Source: an uncultured bacterium (GTDB taxonomy: Bacteria > Cyanobacteriota > Vampirovibrionia > Gastranaerophilales > Gastranaerophilaceae). Taken from it: a stretch of 64,000 nucleotides of DNA. Positions within the stretch are counted from its first letter, which is position 1; each line of letters opens with the position of its first letter. The notes beneath the pieces were generated by a model that was not told where the DNA came from, made no database searches, and saw nothing but the letters and a program-made list of their open reading frames with translations. The stretch spans positions 13,506 to 77,505 of the forward strand of contig CASDPF010000007.1 in the NCBI GenBank assembly GCA_949282215.1, written 5' to 3'. This document shows positions 54,343-64,000 of this stretch, one piece after another. Made by a program: the position numbers and the translations under genes.

Positions 54343-54858
54343 ATGATTGAAATGAAAGTTATGGGTATTGCACTTGATACAAGAACTGGCTCTCCTATCG
54401 TTGTTTTACACGATAAAGAAAACAGAAAAGCTCTGCCGATTTGGATTGGTTCTGCTGAAGCGAGTGCTATTATTAGAAAAATCGAAAATCTTGCCGTTGC
54501 AAGACCTATGACACACGATTTGATAATCAATATTATTGAAAAAACCGGTTATAATCTTGACAAAGTCGAAATTAATGATGTTGAAAAAGACACTTATTAC
54601 GCAACACTTTTCTTAAAAAATGATAAAGATGAAGTCCTTGAAATTGATTCAAGACCTTCTGATGCTATAGCTATTGCAATTCGTGTAGATGCTCCTATAT
54701 TTGTGACAGCTAACGTCATTTCTAACGGCTCTGTATCTACAGACTCTGCCAGAGACGAAGAAGAAGCTCAAGAATTCAAAAAATTTGTACAAAGCATTAA
54801 ACCGTCTGATTTTGCTAAATTAATGAAAGATAACGACCACCACGAAAGTGATCAATAA
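54343..54858 (+). CDS. bifunctional nuclease (BFN/DUF151) domain protein
   Basis: VMGIALDTRTGSPIVVLHD..ALPIWIGSAEASAI..RPMTHDL..RPSDAIAIA is the BFN pattern. Start at ATG 54343 preferred. Confidence 0.75.
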   Translation: MIEMKVMGIALDTRTGSPIVVLHDKENRKALPIWIGSAEASAIIRKIENLAVARPMTHDLIINIIEKTGYNLDKVEINDVEKDTYYATLFLKNDKDEVLEIDSRPSDAIAIAIRVDAPIFVTANVISNGSVSTDSARDEEEAQEFKKFVQSIKPSDFAKLMKDNDHHESDQ

Positions 54859-54864
54859 GCTATA

Positions 54865-55179
54865 CTAAATTTCATTTACCATCTTAAATATGAAAGTTAA
54901 CTTTTCAGCATTTATTTTGGATAATTTTGTATTGATTTTTTTTATCATATCTTCTTTTTTGATGAAATGTTCTTGATTGAATATGTCCTCATAAGAAACA
55001 TTTAAACTGTCTATAATCTTTTCTAATGTTTCAAACGACGGATAATTTCGCCCATTTTCAATTCTGCTTAAATGTTTTGGGTCAATTCCCACCATTTCAG
55101 CAAGCTTATCCTGCGTATACTTTCTATTTTCTCGGAATTCTCTTATCCTCATCCCGAGTAACTCTTTTTTTGTTGTCAT
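54865..55179 (-). CDS. XRE-family HTH transcriptional regulator
   Basis: LGMRIREFRENRKYTQDKLAEMVGIDPKHLSRIENG is a Cro/C1 HTH. Confidence 0.8.
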   Translation of the reverse strand: MTTKKELLGMRIREFRENRKYTQDKLAEMVGIDPKHLSRIENGRNYPSFETLEKIIDSLNVSYEDIFNQEHFIKKEDMIKKINTKLSKINAEKLTFIFKMVNEI

Positions 55180-55321
55180 AATATCTCTACCAAACTGTTT
55201 TTATATTATTTTATAAATCACTCAAGATAACCATACTTATGTAGACTATATTGACAAAAGGTGATATATAATACATAATAGTAATATAGAATGCGGATAT
55301 TTAATCAGAAAGGTGATATTT

Positions 55322-55990
55322 ATGAGAACAAAAGGATTTACCTTAGCGGAAGTGTTAATCACTCTTAGTATTATTGGTATAATTGCAGCAATTACACTAT
55401 CTTCACTTGTAAATAGTTACAAAAAACAACAAACTATTGCTAAATTAAAAAAAGTATATACAAACCTTAATCAAGCATTAAAACTCGCAGAATCAGAATA
55501 TGGACCTTATGAGTACTGGGAGATTCCTGCTATAAATTCTAATGTAAAAAGTTATTACAATAAATACTGGTACCCATATTTTAAGATACTTAAATCGTGT
55601 GAGAACTATTCTCAATGCAATTATACGTCAAATCAGCCTTGGTATTACCCAAATGGATCAAAATCAACTCTAACTTTTAATAGTCAAATTCTCAGAATTC
55701 CATTTTTATTAACTGATGGTACTCTTATTTCAATTTCTATCGCTGGAGGAGATATCTTAACTAAAGAATCTCAAATTTATATAGACTTAAATGGAAGTAA
55801 ATTGCCTAATAAATACGGTATTGACGTATTCGTATTGAATAGGGTAAAAGGTAAAGGAATATTGGCTTATGGTCAAGAACTCTCTATAGATGAGATAAAA
55901 GAAGAATGCTCCTATTCTGGCAAAGGAGAAACATGTGCTGCTAGAATTATTTATGACGGATGGCAAATAAAAAACGATTATCCCTGGTAA
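55322..55990 (+). CDS. prepilin-type N-terminal cleavage/methylation domain protein
   Basis: MRTKG|FTLAEVLITLSIIGIIAAITL. The C-terminal IIYDGWQIKNDYPW is shared with 12439..13206. Confidence 0.85.
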   Translation: MRTKGFTLAEVLITLSIIGIIAAITLSSLVNSYKKQQTIAKLKKVYTNLNQALKLAESEYGPYEYWEIPAINSNVKSYYNKYWYPYFKILKSCENYSQCNYTSNQPWYYPNGSKSTLTFNSQILRIPFLLTDGTLISISIAGGDILTKESQIYIDLNGSKLPNKYGIDVFVLNRVKGKGILAYGQELSIDEIKEECSYSGKGETCAARIIYDGWQIKNDYPW

Positions 55991-56097
55991 AAATTAATTT
56001 TTAAACATTGTGAAAAATGTAACAAAATGTTTTATTATTGAAATTATACATTTTTTTTAATTTTTATATATTTGAGAGAGTATAAAAAGAGGTCAAA

Positions 56098-56295
56098 ATG
56101 CTTGATTCAGTAAAAGCTGTCCAAGCCCAACAGTTGTATCGGGTTCAACCTGTAGCATACAACGACGGCTCAAACGGCAGACAACCACAAAAAAATTCTG
56201 AAGTTAACTTCTTTGCTAACGGCGTACATAACCTAAATTACCCGTCAGTAAAAGGCAGTGAAACTTTAGGAAAATCATTAGATTTTCTTGCTTAA
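56098..56295 (+). CDS. small protein of unknown function (65 aa), paralog of 56387..56593
   Basis: AGAGG SD. Shares NLN[YH]P..G[ES]..LD[FL]LA-stop with its neighbour. Confidence 0.45.
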   Translation: MLDSVKAVQAQQLYRVQPVAYNDGSNGRQPQKNSEVNFFANGVHNLNYPSVKGSETLGKSLDFLA

Positions 56296-56386
56296 TTTTT
56301 CTTCACAATTTAGTAAATTTAGGCAATTTTTTTGATATCCTATACTTTATAATAATATAGGGATAAATTAATATGGGGAATAAGTT

Positions 56387-56593
56387 ATGACATTATCTGT
56401 CGGAAAGATTTTAGGAATAAATACAGGTTATAGAACCGGAGCAATCAGTAAACCTGAGTTTGCACTTGCAGACAATTTTATTCAACAATCTGTATCATCA
56501 AATCAGACATATAATTTAAATCACCCAGCTCAAGCAAATTCTACACCTTATGGTGAGTCTCCTAGAGCTAATCATTTAGATTTATTAGCGTAA
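56387..56593 (+). CDS. small protein of unknown function (68 aa), paralog of 56098..56295
   Basis: Shared C-terminal block YNLNHPAQ..GESPRANHLDLLA. Confidence 0.45.
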   Translation: MTLSVGKILGINTGYRTGAISKPEFALADNFIQQSVSSNQTYNLNHPAQANSTPYGESPRANHLDLLA

Positions 56594-56621
56594 ATAATGC
56601 AATCTCGAATATAAAAAAAAC

Positions 56622-56650
56622 AAAGCAGCAGACAAAAGTCTACTGCTTTT
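56622..56650. terminator. bidirectional intrinsic terminator
   Basis: AAAGCAGCAGAC-aaaa-GTCTACTGCTTT (one mismatch), flanked by A and T runs. Confidence 0.6.
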
Positions 56651-56654
56651 GTAT

Positions 56655-56900
56655 TTATTCAATAATTTCATATAAAGTAGAAGCTTCTTGAATACTTACA
56701 TTATTAGATGGAATACGTAATATTTTTGCTTTTACTTTTCTATTTGCATATTCAATCTCAATAATATCCCCTTCTTTTAGCTGTTTACCTGCTTTTGCGA
56801 GATTACCGTTTACAGAAATTCTACCCATATCTGAAACTTCATTAGCAACCGTTCGACGCTTTATTAATCTTGAAACTTTTAAAAATTTATCTAATCTCAT
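56655..56900 (-). CDS. S4-domain RNA-binding protein
   Basis: MRLDKFLKVSRLIKRRTVANE..V.VNG is an S4 motif. 81 aa. Confidence 0.75.
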   Translation of the reverse strand: MRLDKFLKVSRLIKRRTVANEVSDMGRISVNGNLAKAGKQLKEGDIIEIEYANRKVKAKILRIPSNNVSIQEASTLYEIIE

Positions 56901-56966
56901 ATTTACATTCTATCATGCAAAAAACGTTTATGATATAATCTCTATGGATATTAACGGAGTTTTTAC

Positions 56967-57776
56967 ATGAAAAATATTTTTATCTATCTTTTATTTATCT
57001 TTTCATTTGTCACACAATCTGTATTTGCATCTGATATAAAATTCGTACAGGTAACAGATTCTCATTACTCAAGAAATAATGAGTATTCTGAAAAAATATT
57101 AAAAGCTGCAGTTAAAGATATTAATAAAATTGATGGATTATCTTTTGTAGTATTCACAGGTGATAACCTAAACAGACCTAACGAGGAAGATTTAATAAAA
57201 TTCACAAATATCGTTAATAAGTTAAATGTTCCATATTATATCGTCATCGGAAATCACGACGTTTTTAAATCAAACGGACTGTCAAAAGAAAGATATCTTG
57301 AAATAATCAGAGAAAACAATATTTTATTCAGACAAAAAACTCCTGATTATTATTTTAGAAAAGGCGAATTTGGCTTTATTATTGCAGACGGAGCAAAAGA
57401 AATTATTCCTGGAGCAAACGGATATTTTAAAGAATCAACCTTAAATTATATAGACAAGCAATTATCTAAACATAAAAAACAAAAAATAGTCATATTTCAA
57501 CATTTTCCGCTTGTAGAACCTTATGAGTCAAAATCACATAATACATACAAAGCCGAAGAATACATAAATTTATTAAACAAGCATTCAAACGTAATTGCTA
57601 TAATATCAGGACATTACCACGCAAATGGAGAAAAAATGCAAGATGGTGTATATCATATAAGCTCACCTTCATTACTGCAATTACCACATCAATATAAACT
57701 TATTGATATTAATATCACAAAAGGATTTTCCCCAATGATATATACACAATTAAGGGAAGTCACTGTAGAACAATAA
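56967..57776 (+). CDS. exported calcineurin-like metallophosphoesterase
   Basis: Signal peptide plus the motifs VTDSHY, GDN, GNHD and GHYH. Confidence 0.8.
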   Translation: MKNIFIYLLFIFSFVTQSVFASDIKFVQVTDSHYSRNNEYSEKILKAAVKDINKIDGLSFVVFTGDNLNRPNEEDLIKFTNIVNKLNVPYYIVIGNHDVFKSNGLSKERYLEIIRENNILFRQKTPDYYFRKGEFGFIIADGAKEIIPGANGYFKESTLNYIDKQLSKHKKQKIVIFQHFPLVEPYESKSHNTYKAEEYINLLNKHSNVIAIISGHYHANGEKMQDGVYHISSPSLLQLPHQYKLIDINITKGFSPMIYTQLREVTVEQ

Positions 57777-57851
57777 GCTTCCTTGCATTTTTTTGCTGAT
57801 AATATTATAATTGCATTAATAAGTAAGATTAAAAAAGGAAACATAATAATA

Positions 57852-59207
57852 ATGGATGAGACGGGCAATTTGACATTTAATTTATTTTTAATAGTTTTTT
57901 TACTATTTTCGAACGGTTTTTTTGTAGCATCAGAGTTTGCTATGGTAAAAGTTAGAAAAACCAGAATAGAACAGTTAGTAAAAGAAGGAAACTTCAATGC
58001 AAAACTTGCACTGGAAGCCTTAAAAGATTTAGATAAATTTATAGCGGCAGTACAGCTTGGAGTCACAATATCAAGTATCGGCTTAGGATGGGTTGGTGAA
58101 GGAACTTTAGCAAGAATTATAGAACCAATTTTTGCATTTTTACCAGGAATAAGCCAAAATATAGCAACACACACAGTTTCAGTATCAATCTCATTTGCAT
58201 TGATTACATTTTTACATGTAGTTATAGGTGAATTAATTCCAAAATCAATAGCACTTGAATATACTGAAAAAACTGCCCTTATCGTAGCCAGACCAATGCA
58301 ATGGATTACAACTATATTTAATCCGTTTATATGGTTATTAAACGGATTTGGGAACTGGGTATTGCAGATGTGTCATATTCCACATTCCCACAAGGGTTCA
58401 TTGGTACATTCCACAGAAGAACTTGATATGCTTGTGAATGCAAGTTATGACGGCGGGGTGTTAAATGAAACTGAAAAAGATATGTTGCATAATGTATTTA
58501 AATTCTCAGATTTAACGGCAAAACAAGTAATGATACCACGTACTGATATGGTGTGTATTCCTGAAGATATGAGCTTTGAGGATTTAAATAACCTCGCAGC
58601 AGAAAGTCAATATACAAGATATCCTGTCTATAGCGAAGATATTGATCACATTACCGGTTTGATTCATGTTAAAGATTTGTATTCACTTTCAATAAAAAAT
58701 CAAGAACAACCTATAAAAAATCTTTTAAGAGAAGTCCTACTTGTACCTGAGACAATAACCATGGATAATCTCGTTTTGGAATTCAAAAAAAGAAAAGGTC
58801 AAATGGCAATTGTAGTCGATGAATTCGGAGGAACTTCGGGATTAATAACATTAGAAGATGTATTAGAAGAAATTTTTGGGGAAGTGCAAGACGAATTCGA
58901 TGAAGAAGAAGAATGCGATATCAAAGAAATTGAACCAAATAAATATATAGCAAATGCGATGATGCGATTAGATGAGTTGGCTGAATTTTTTGAAATTCCA
59001 AAAGAAGCTGTAGATGACGAAGATATCGATACCATCGGCGGTTTGGTAGTAAAATTGCTAGGACGTATTGCAACAGTAGGAGATACAGCACAATTTGAAA
59101 ATCTTACATTTATAGTAAAAGAAATTGATGGTGCAAGAATCACTAAGCTTGAAATAGTTAAAACACCTATAGAGTTAGAATCAAATGAGGATGAACAGTC
59201 AAAATGA
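57852..59207 (+). CDS. CNNM/hemolysin-family protein (DUF21 + CBS pair + CorC_HlyC)
   Basis: Start at ATG 57852, after AAGGAA. FFVASEFAMVKVRKTRIEQL, a CBS pair, and C-terminal GGLVVKLLGRI. Confidence 0.8.
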   Translation: MDETGNLTFNLFLIVFLLFSNGFFVASEFAMVKVRKTRIEQLVKEGNFNAKLALEALKDLDKFIAAVQLGVTISSIGLGWVGEGTLARIIEPIFAFLPGISQNIATHTVSVSISFALITFLHVVIGELIPKSIALEYTEKTALIVARPMQWITTIFNPFIWLLNGFGNWVLQMCHIPHSHKGSLVHSTEELDMLVNASYDGGVLNETEKDMLHNVFKFSDLTAKQVMIPRTDMVCIPEDMSFEDLNNLAAESQYTRYPVYSEDIDHITGLIHVKDLYSLSIKNQEQPIKNLLREVLLVPETITMDNLVLEFKKRKGQMAIVVDEFGGTSGLITLEDVLEEIFGEVQDEFDEEEECDIKEIEPNKYIANAMMRLDELAEFFEIPKEAVDDEDIDTIGGLVVKLLGRIATVGDTAQFENLTFIVKEIDGARITKLEIVKTPIELESNEDEQSK

Positions 59208-60196
59208 TGAATATTGCATTGGGTTTTGACAGTAACTTCGCTCCTTATGCTGCCGTCACAATTAAATCTATATTATTACATAATAAAAATATCCATTTTT
59301 ATATTCTGTATGATAATTTAAATCAAACAGATATAAATAAAATAGATAAATTAATAAATACCGGAAATAATTGTTATGTCGACTGGATTGATATGACAGG
59401 AAAGTTTGATAATTTAGATGCAGGGGAATGGCCTTCAAAGACAGTCTACTTTCCGGTTGCACTACCTTCTATATGCAAAGATGACCGAATATTATTTTTG
59501 GACGCAGATGTAATAGTTAATGGAAATCTTGAGAACTTCTATAACCAAGATATGTCAGATTTTTATATAGGCGGAGCTCAAGATTTAGGAATAATTACGA
59601 CGTTCAATAAAAATGAACTGCTTTCATCAAAAACTGAAGGTAAGATGCATGCAAAAGAATATTATAAAAAACTTTTTAATTACAATAATGTAGAAGATTT
59701 TAATTCATACATAAACGGTGGAGTTCTATTACTTAATCTTGAATTAATGAGAAATAACAACATTGAAAATAAAATGTATGAAATATTTAAAAAAATAGAT
59801 TTTGTATTCAATGAACAAGATTGTTATAATTATGTTTGCAGAAATAAAATTAAAGCTTTTTCTCAATCAGAAGTGTTTATAATTTTTAAAACACATACAC
59901 TTCAAAACATTCCACCTGCAATTAGAGCTGAATATCTAAAAAACTATACAGAAGATAATAAGCACCTAATTGTGCATTTTATAAAAAAACCTTGGATAGA
60001 ACCTGAAGAAAATATCCCTTATAAGAAAATTTTTTATAAAATAAAAGCAAAAACGCCTTACAAATTTCACAAGACATCTAAAGAGATTTTTAGGTTTAAA
60101 TACAGCAAAAAAACAAAATACTTATCAATTTTAGGACACACATTTTTTAATAAAAAAGATGATAACAAAATATTTGAGGATAAAGAAAGTTTATGA
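59204..60196 (+). CDS. glycosyltransferase family 8 (LPS-type)
   Basis: NIALGFDSNFAPYAAVTIKSIL, LFLDADVIV (DxD) and NGGVLLLNL. Confidence 0.75.
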   Translation: MMNIALGFDSNFAPYAAVTIKSILLHNKNIHFYILYDNLNQTDINKIDKLINTGNNCYVDWIDMTGKFDNLDAGEWPSKTVYFPVALPSICKDDRILFLDADVIVNGNLENFYNQDMSDFYIGGAQDLGIITTFNKNELLSSKTEGKMHAKEYYKKLFNYNNVEDFNSYINGGVLLLNLELMRNNNIENKMYEIFKKIDFVFNEQDCYNYVCRNKIKAFSQSEVFIIFKTHTLQNIPPAIRAEYLKNYTEDNKHLIVHFIKKPWIEPEENIPYKKIFYKIKAKTPYKFHKTSKEIFRFKYSKKTKYLSILGHTFFNKKDDNKIFEDKESL

Positions 60197-61137
60197 TAAA
60201 TATAGCACTTGGTTTTGATAAAAATTTTGCAGCATACGCAGCAACAACAATTAAATCAATATTATTACACAATAAAAATTTAAAATTTTATTTAATGCAT
60301 GATAATCTGCCAAAATCCGATATCAAAAAAATCAGCAAAATGATTGAGGAATATAAAGAAGATTATCAATGGATTGATATGTCAAATGAATTTGATAACT
60401 TATTTACAGGAAGTTGGAAATCAAAAACCCTTTATTTTCCATTAAAACTCTCATCCATTTGTGATGATGAAAGAATTCTATTTTTAGATGCAGATACATT
60501 TGTTTTGAATGATTTATCCGCATTTTACAACCAAAATCTTGACGGATACTATTTAGCTGCCGTAAATGATTATGGAATGTTAAGTGACTTAAAAACCGAT
60601 AATAAACTAAAACTCGGTAATGAAACTGTTGAAATCAAAGATTATTTCAAAAAAATAAGAAAATGGAATAATACTGATATGCAAAGATATTTCAACAGCG
60701 GAATGTTATTAATGAATTTAGACGAAATGCGAAAAAATAATGTCCAAGAACAAATGATTGATAGTCTTAAATACAATATTTTTGCATTTCCTGATCAGGA
60801 TTGTATAAACTATGTATGTCATGATCATGTCAAAATAATTGAACCAAAATATAATTTTATGGTCTTATTTAAATCTACTTGGAACAGGCTGGATGATGAA
60901 CAAAAAGAAAAATTACTTCCTTACAAAGAAGAAAAAGAACAACCTCTTATTATTCATTATCTTCTAAAACCGTGGAGAAGACCTCAAGATAACTTGCCGT
61001 TTTCAAAAGAATATAACAAAGTAAAATCATCCACACCATACAAAAATGTTTTATCAAGACAAGAAATTTTTCAGTTCAGAATAAGTAAAAAAGGCACATA
61101 CTTAAGATTATTCAATAAAACCATTTTTGAATTTTAA
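60193..61137 (+). CDS. glycosyltransferase family 8 (tandem paralog)
   Basis: NIALGFDKNFAAYAATTIKSIL, LFLDADTFV and NSGMLLMNL. Overlaps the upstream paralog by 4 nt. Confidence 0.75.
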   Translation: MINIALGFDKNFAAYAATTIKSILLHNKNLKFYLMHDNLPKSDIKKISKMIEEYKEDYQWIDMSNEFDNLFTGSWKSKTLYFPLKLSSICDDERILFLDADTFVLNDLSAFYNQNLDGYYLAAVNDYGMLSDLKTDNKLKLGNETVEIKDYFKKIRKWNNTDMQRYFNSGMLLMNLDEMRKNNVQEQMIDSLKYNIFAFPDQDCINYVCHDHVKIIEPKYNFMVLFKSTWNRLDDEQKEKLLPYKEEKEQPLIIHYLLKPWRRPQDNLPFSKEYNKVKSSTPYKNVLSRQEIFQFRISKKGTYLRLFNKTIFEF

Positions 61138-61261
61138 AAGCATGGTAACATCCACTACAAACTTTAGTAATTTAAAAACTTTTCCTCTTTTTAAATGATG
61201 TGGCAAAACCCAGATGTTATAGAATAGAATTGTAAAGAAATTTTAACAATTGGGTAACTTA

Positions 61262-62089
61262 ATGAGTCAGACTTTTGATTTCACATCATATAACAATATA
61301 AAACGACTTTCAGAAGAAGAACTGATTGCACTATGGGGAGAATACTTCAAAGACAAAAATAATAAAGAAGCTCGAGACACCCTTATCGTGCAATATATAT
61401 ATCTGATTCGTTATGTAGTGGGCCGAGTTAAAGTTACCCTGCCAGCGACAGTATCAATTGAAGATATTGCAGGATACGGAGTAGAAGGACTTATAAATGC
61501 AATAGAAAGATACTCCCCGCAAAAAAATACCAGATTTGAAACTTACGCCCTTATAAGAATAAGAGGTGCGATTTTAGATAAAATCCGCTCAGAAGATTTT
61601 CTACCAAGAAGCGTAAGAAAGAAATTAAAAGAAATAAAAAATGCACAAGAGGAATTAAAACAAACATTAGGCAGAATGCCTACCACAGCAGAAGTAGCAC
61701 AGTTCTTGGACATGGATGCGGAAAAAGTCACTCAAATTCTCTCAGAAGATGCCACTATGACATCAATTTATGACAAAAAAGGGAATACTGATGACAGTGT
61801 AGAAATTATAGACACCATACAAGATACACATAAACTTAATCCACAAGAACAAATGGAAGAAAAGAATGTAAAACAGGAATTAGAAAGAGCACTAAAAAGA
61901 CTTCCTGAAAGAGAACGTATTATAATGGTGTTATACTATCAAGAGAACATGACATTAAAAGAAATCGGAGCAACAATAAACATGTCAGAATCAAGAGTAT
62001 GCCAGCTCCATGCACAAGCGATTATGAAATTGAAAAATATCTTGAGTGAAAACCGTACATCCCGTATGCGTCAAAGTATTATCGCGTAA
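61262..62089 (+). CDS. fliA: RNA polymerase sigma factor, FliA/WhiG (sigma-28) family
   Basis: Regions 2-4 are recognisable (RDTLIVQYIYLIRYVV, YALIRIRGAILD, LKEIGATINMSESRVCQLH). Size and pattern fit FliA. Confidence 0.7.
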   Translation: MSQTFDFTSYNNIKRLSEEELIALWGEYFKDKNNKEARDTLIVQYIYLIRYVVGRVKVTLPATVSIEDIAGYGVEGLINAIERYSPQKNTRFETYALIRIRGAILDKIRSEDFLPRSVRKKLKEIKNAQEELKQTLGRMPTTAEVAQFLDMDAEKVTQILSEDATMTSIYDKKGNTDDSVEIIDTIQDTHKLNPQEQMEEKNVKQELERALKRLPERERIIMVLYYQENMTLKEIGATINMSESRVCQLHAQAIMKLKNILSENRTSRMRQSIIA

Positions 62090-62675
62090 CATCATAGTCA
62101 AATATAACAAAATCAACTCGTTTATCGCTGAATCCTTTTCTTGATACATTTTCTTTAAATGGCATAAATTCCCCAAAACCTAAAGGAAAAACTCTCCCCG
62201 AACTTATTTTTCCGACTTTAACAAGATAATTTGCAATAGCATTAGCTCGAGCGATTGAAAGCTCCCAGTCATAAGAATAAATACTATCCAGAGGCAAAAC
62301 TTCATCTGTATGACTTTCTATCACACAATCATTATCATACTGTCGCAAAACATAAATAATACGATTCAAAATTTCAGAACCAGAAGACTTAATTGAATAA
62401 TTATGCGGTAAAAAGAACTCATCTTCGGAAATACTTAAAATCAACCCCCGAGGGACTTTTGTATACACAATAGTATTTTTCTGCGGCAAAACTGCTATAA
62501 ATGAATTCTGAATTTGATTAATTTTTGAATCTAAACTTGTACTCAAATAAAGGCTTTCAATTGCATTCGCATAATTACTACCCGAAAGCAAAACTATAAA
62601 AGTAATAAGAAAAACAACGAAGCCTTTCAAAATCCACGACCTTTCAGGAAATATTATGTCCTGAAAAGTCATCAT
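62079..62675 (-). CDS. OmpA/MotB-like domain protein with N-terminal TM anchor
   Basis: ESHTD..WELSIARANAIANYLV..GFGEFMP is an OmpA-like peptidoglycan-binding motif. Convergent 11-nt overlap with fliA. Confidence 0.7.
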   Translation of the reverse strand: MMTFQDIIFPERSWILKGFVVFLITFIVLLSGSNYANAIESLYLSTSLDSKINQIQNSFIAVLPQKNTIVYTKVPRGLILSISEDEFFLPHNYSIKSSGSEILNRIIYVLRQYDNDCVIESHTDEVLPLDSIYSYDWELSIARANAIANYLVKVGKISSGRVFPLGFGEFMPFKENVSRKGFSDKRVDFVIFDYDVTR

Positions 62676-62694
62676 AAACTATTACCTGATAAGG

Positions 62695-63909
62695 TTAAGG
62701 CTTAAGAACCGATAATACGTAATTATCGTTAAAATATTTTTTGGCACAATCCTGAATTTGCTCAGCAGTTACTTTTAATATTTTATCTTTTAATTTTTCA
62801 TTAAAATCAAATCCAAGTCCCTGAATCCCGTGATGAGCAGCTAAACAAGCCTGCTGACTATTAGTTTCCTGCATAAATGCCCATTTACCGATAATATTAT
62901 TTTTAGCATTATGTAATTCTTCATCACTAACAAGAACATTTTTGATTTTTTCAATTTCTTCCTTGAACCCGTCAAGAGAAACCTCAATATTTTTAGGTTC
63001 AGTTGCAATATAAATTGAAAAACTTCCACACAAATCAAAAGGTTCAAACGAACTTCTTACAACATAAGCAAGCCCCTTCTTATCTCTTAATTCCAAGAAA
63101 AGTCTTGAAGAAAGCCCTGAGGCACCAAGAATTATATTCAAAAGTACAAGAGCTGGATAATCCTCAGATAAATAAGTCGGGACGATCCACCCTTGAAGTA
63201 TATGAGCCTGATTAGCATCAGGTTTTATAATTTCAGTATATTTTCTTTCATTCAAAATCGGAATATCTTTTTCGGTTTCAATCTGAATTGACTCCGGTAG
63301 GTTTCCTAAATTTGCATCGAGTTTCTGACATATTTCATCAAAATCCAAATCCCCTACAAATGTTAAAACTTTTCTGCTTTCACTTATAATTTTATTGTAT
63401 GCATCAATAACATCTTCTTTTTTAATATTTTCAGCACTTTCTAAAATTTTTGTATAAGTGTTTCCGTAAGGATGATTTTCAAAAATAGTTCTATAATAAG
63501 CATCTGATACTTTGCCACGAGGAGAATCAAGCTCAGCAACAATTTCACCTGTCATTTTAGCCAGCTCTTTTTCAAACTCTTCAAAGGTAGAATTTTTAAT
63601 TATATCTGTCATAATTTCAAGAGCTTTTGAAAAATCTTCATTCAAGCAGATAAACCTAAATCTTAAATAATCTTGTTTTAATTCAGAAGAGAACTCAATA
63701 GCAAAAGCATCCAATTCTTCAGCAATCTGTTGTGCAGAACGAGTTTTCGTTCCTTGCATAAACAATCTCGACATAAGTGCATAAATACCTGCAACTTTTT
63801 CAGACTCCTCAATTGTGAAATTCAAACACAATGCAACTCTTGGAGTATTCTTGTTTCTCTTATAAAAAAAATCCGTATTATTTTTAAGTTTAGTAATTTT
63901 GCTTTCCAT
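62695..63909 (-). CDS. M16-family peptidase-like protein (no HxxEH seen; probably the non-catalytic type)
   Basis: Overall insulinase-fold pattern (FMQGTKTRSAQQIAEELD). 404 aa. Confidence 0.6.
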   Translation of the reverse strand: MESKITKLKNNTDFFYKRNKNTPRVALCLNFTIEESEKVAGIYALMSRLFMQGTKTRSAQQIAEELDAFAIEFSSELKQDYLRFRFICLNEDFSKALEIMTDIIKNSTFEEFEKELAKMTGEIVAELDSPRGKVSDAYYRTIFENHPYGNTYTKILESAENIKKEDVIDAYNKIISESRKVLTFVGDLDFDEICQKLDANLGNLPESIQIETEKDIPILNERKYTEIIKPDANQAHILQGWIVPTYLSEDYPALVLLNIILGASGLSSRLFLELRDKKGLAYVVRSSFEPFDLCGSFSIYIATEPKNIEVSLDGFKEEIEKIKNVLVSDEELHNAKNNIIGKWAFMQETNSQQACLAAHHGIQGLGFDFNEKLKDKILKVTAEQIQDCAKKYFNDNYVLSVLKP

Positions 63910-64000
63910 AAAAACTCTCTCCTATAGATGAATTTTAGCACAGTAGGGCTAAAAATACAATCATATATGCTTGCACTTGGAAATTCTTACTGCTATAATA

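Noticed and set aside
1-64000. CRISPR arrays, rRNA genes, IS elements or transposases, prophage genes
   Set aside because: No regularly spaced direct repeats, no rRNA-like sequence, and no transposase-like or phage structural ORFs were seen anywhere in the window.

Overview
This is a visibly AT-rich bacterial chromosome segment; GC content was not computed. The gene content points to a diderm, probably flagellated organism. It encodes KDO genes (kdsC, kdsD), a TolC/RND efflux operon, GT8 LPS-type glycosyltransferases, uppP and lspA. It also encodes FliA, a MotB/OmpA-like protein, and five dispersed prepilin-like genes. A Melainabacteria-like lineage is only a guess.

Housekeeping blocks are:
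- a Leloir galactose cluster (galM, sugar porter, galK-galE-galT, LysR regulator)
- a serine pathway operon (serC-like, serA, serB)
- dxs, pnuC, queD
- two tRNA-Ser genes

Three things are not explained by standard annotation.

1. Region 48.5-53.9 kb, next to tRNA-Ser(GCU), is a tandemly duplicated convergent gene pair. One gene encodes an exported HKD/PLD-family nuclease; in one copy it carries an N-terminal SNase domain and is broken by a 1-nt frameshift. The other encodes a PP-loop PAPS-reductase-like ATPase. The promoters and a ~160-nt hairpin-containing leader are far better conserved than the coding sequences. This is my best candidate for an undescribed system.

2. Two pilin-like genes carry paralogous leaders. 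Each has a Shine-Dalgarno (SD)-led 16/17-codon upstream ORF (uORF) whose three GGG codons form a G11 homopolymer, a conserved hairpin, and an anti-SD complementary to the pilin ribosome-binding site. The reading-frame geometry fits a phase-variable translational switch.

3. Several unrelated proteins share an N/Q-rich N-terminal extension, and many are tail-anchored. They include a GlgE-like GH13 enzyme, a large membrane protein, an aminotransferase-GNAT fusion and an orphan AAA+ ATPase. They sit next to recurring families of unknown membrane proteins.

All calls come from reading the sequence and the ORF track. No database search was run.
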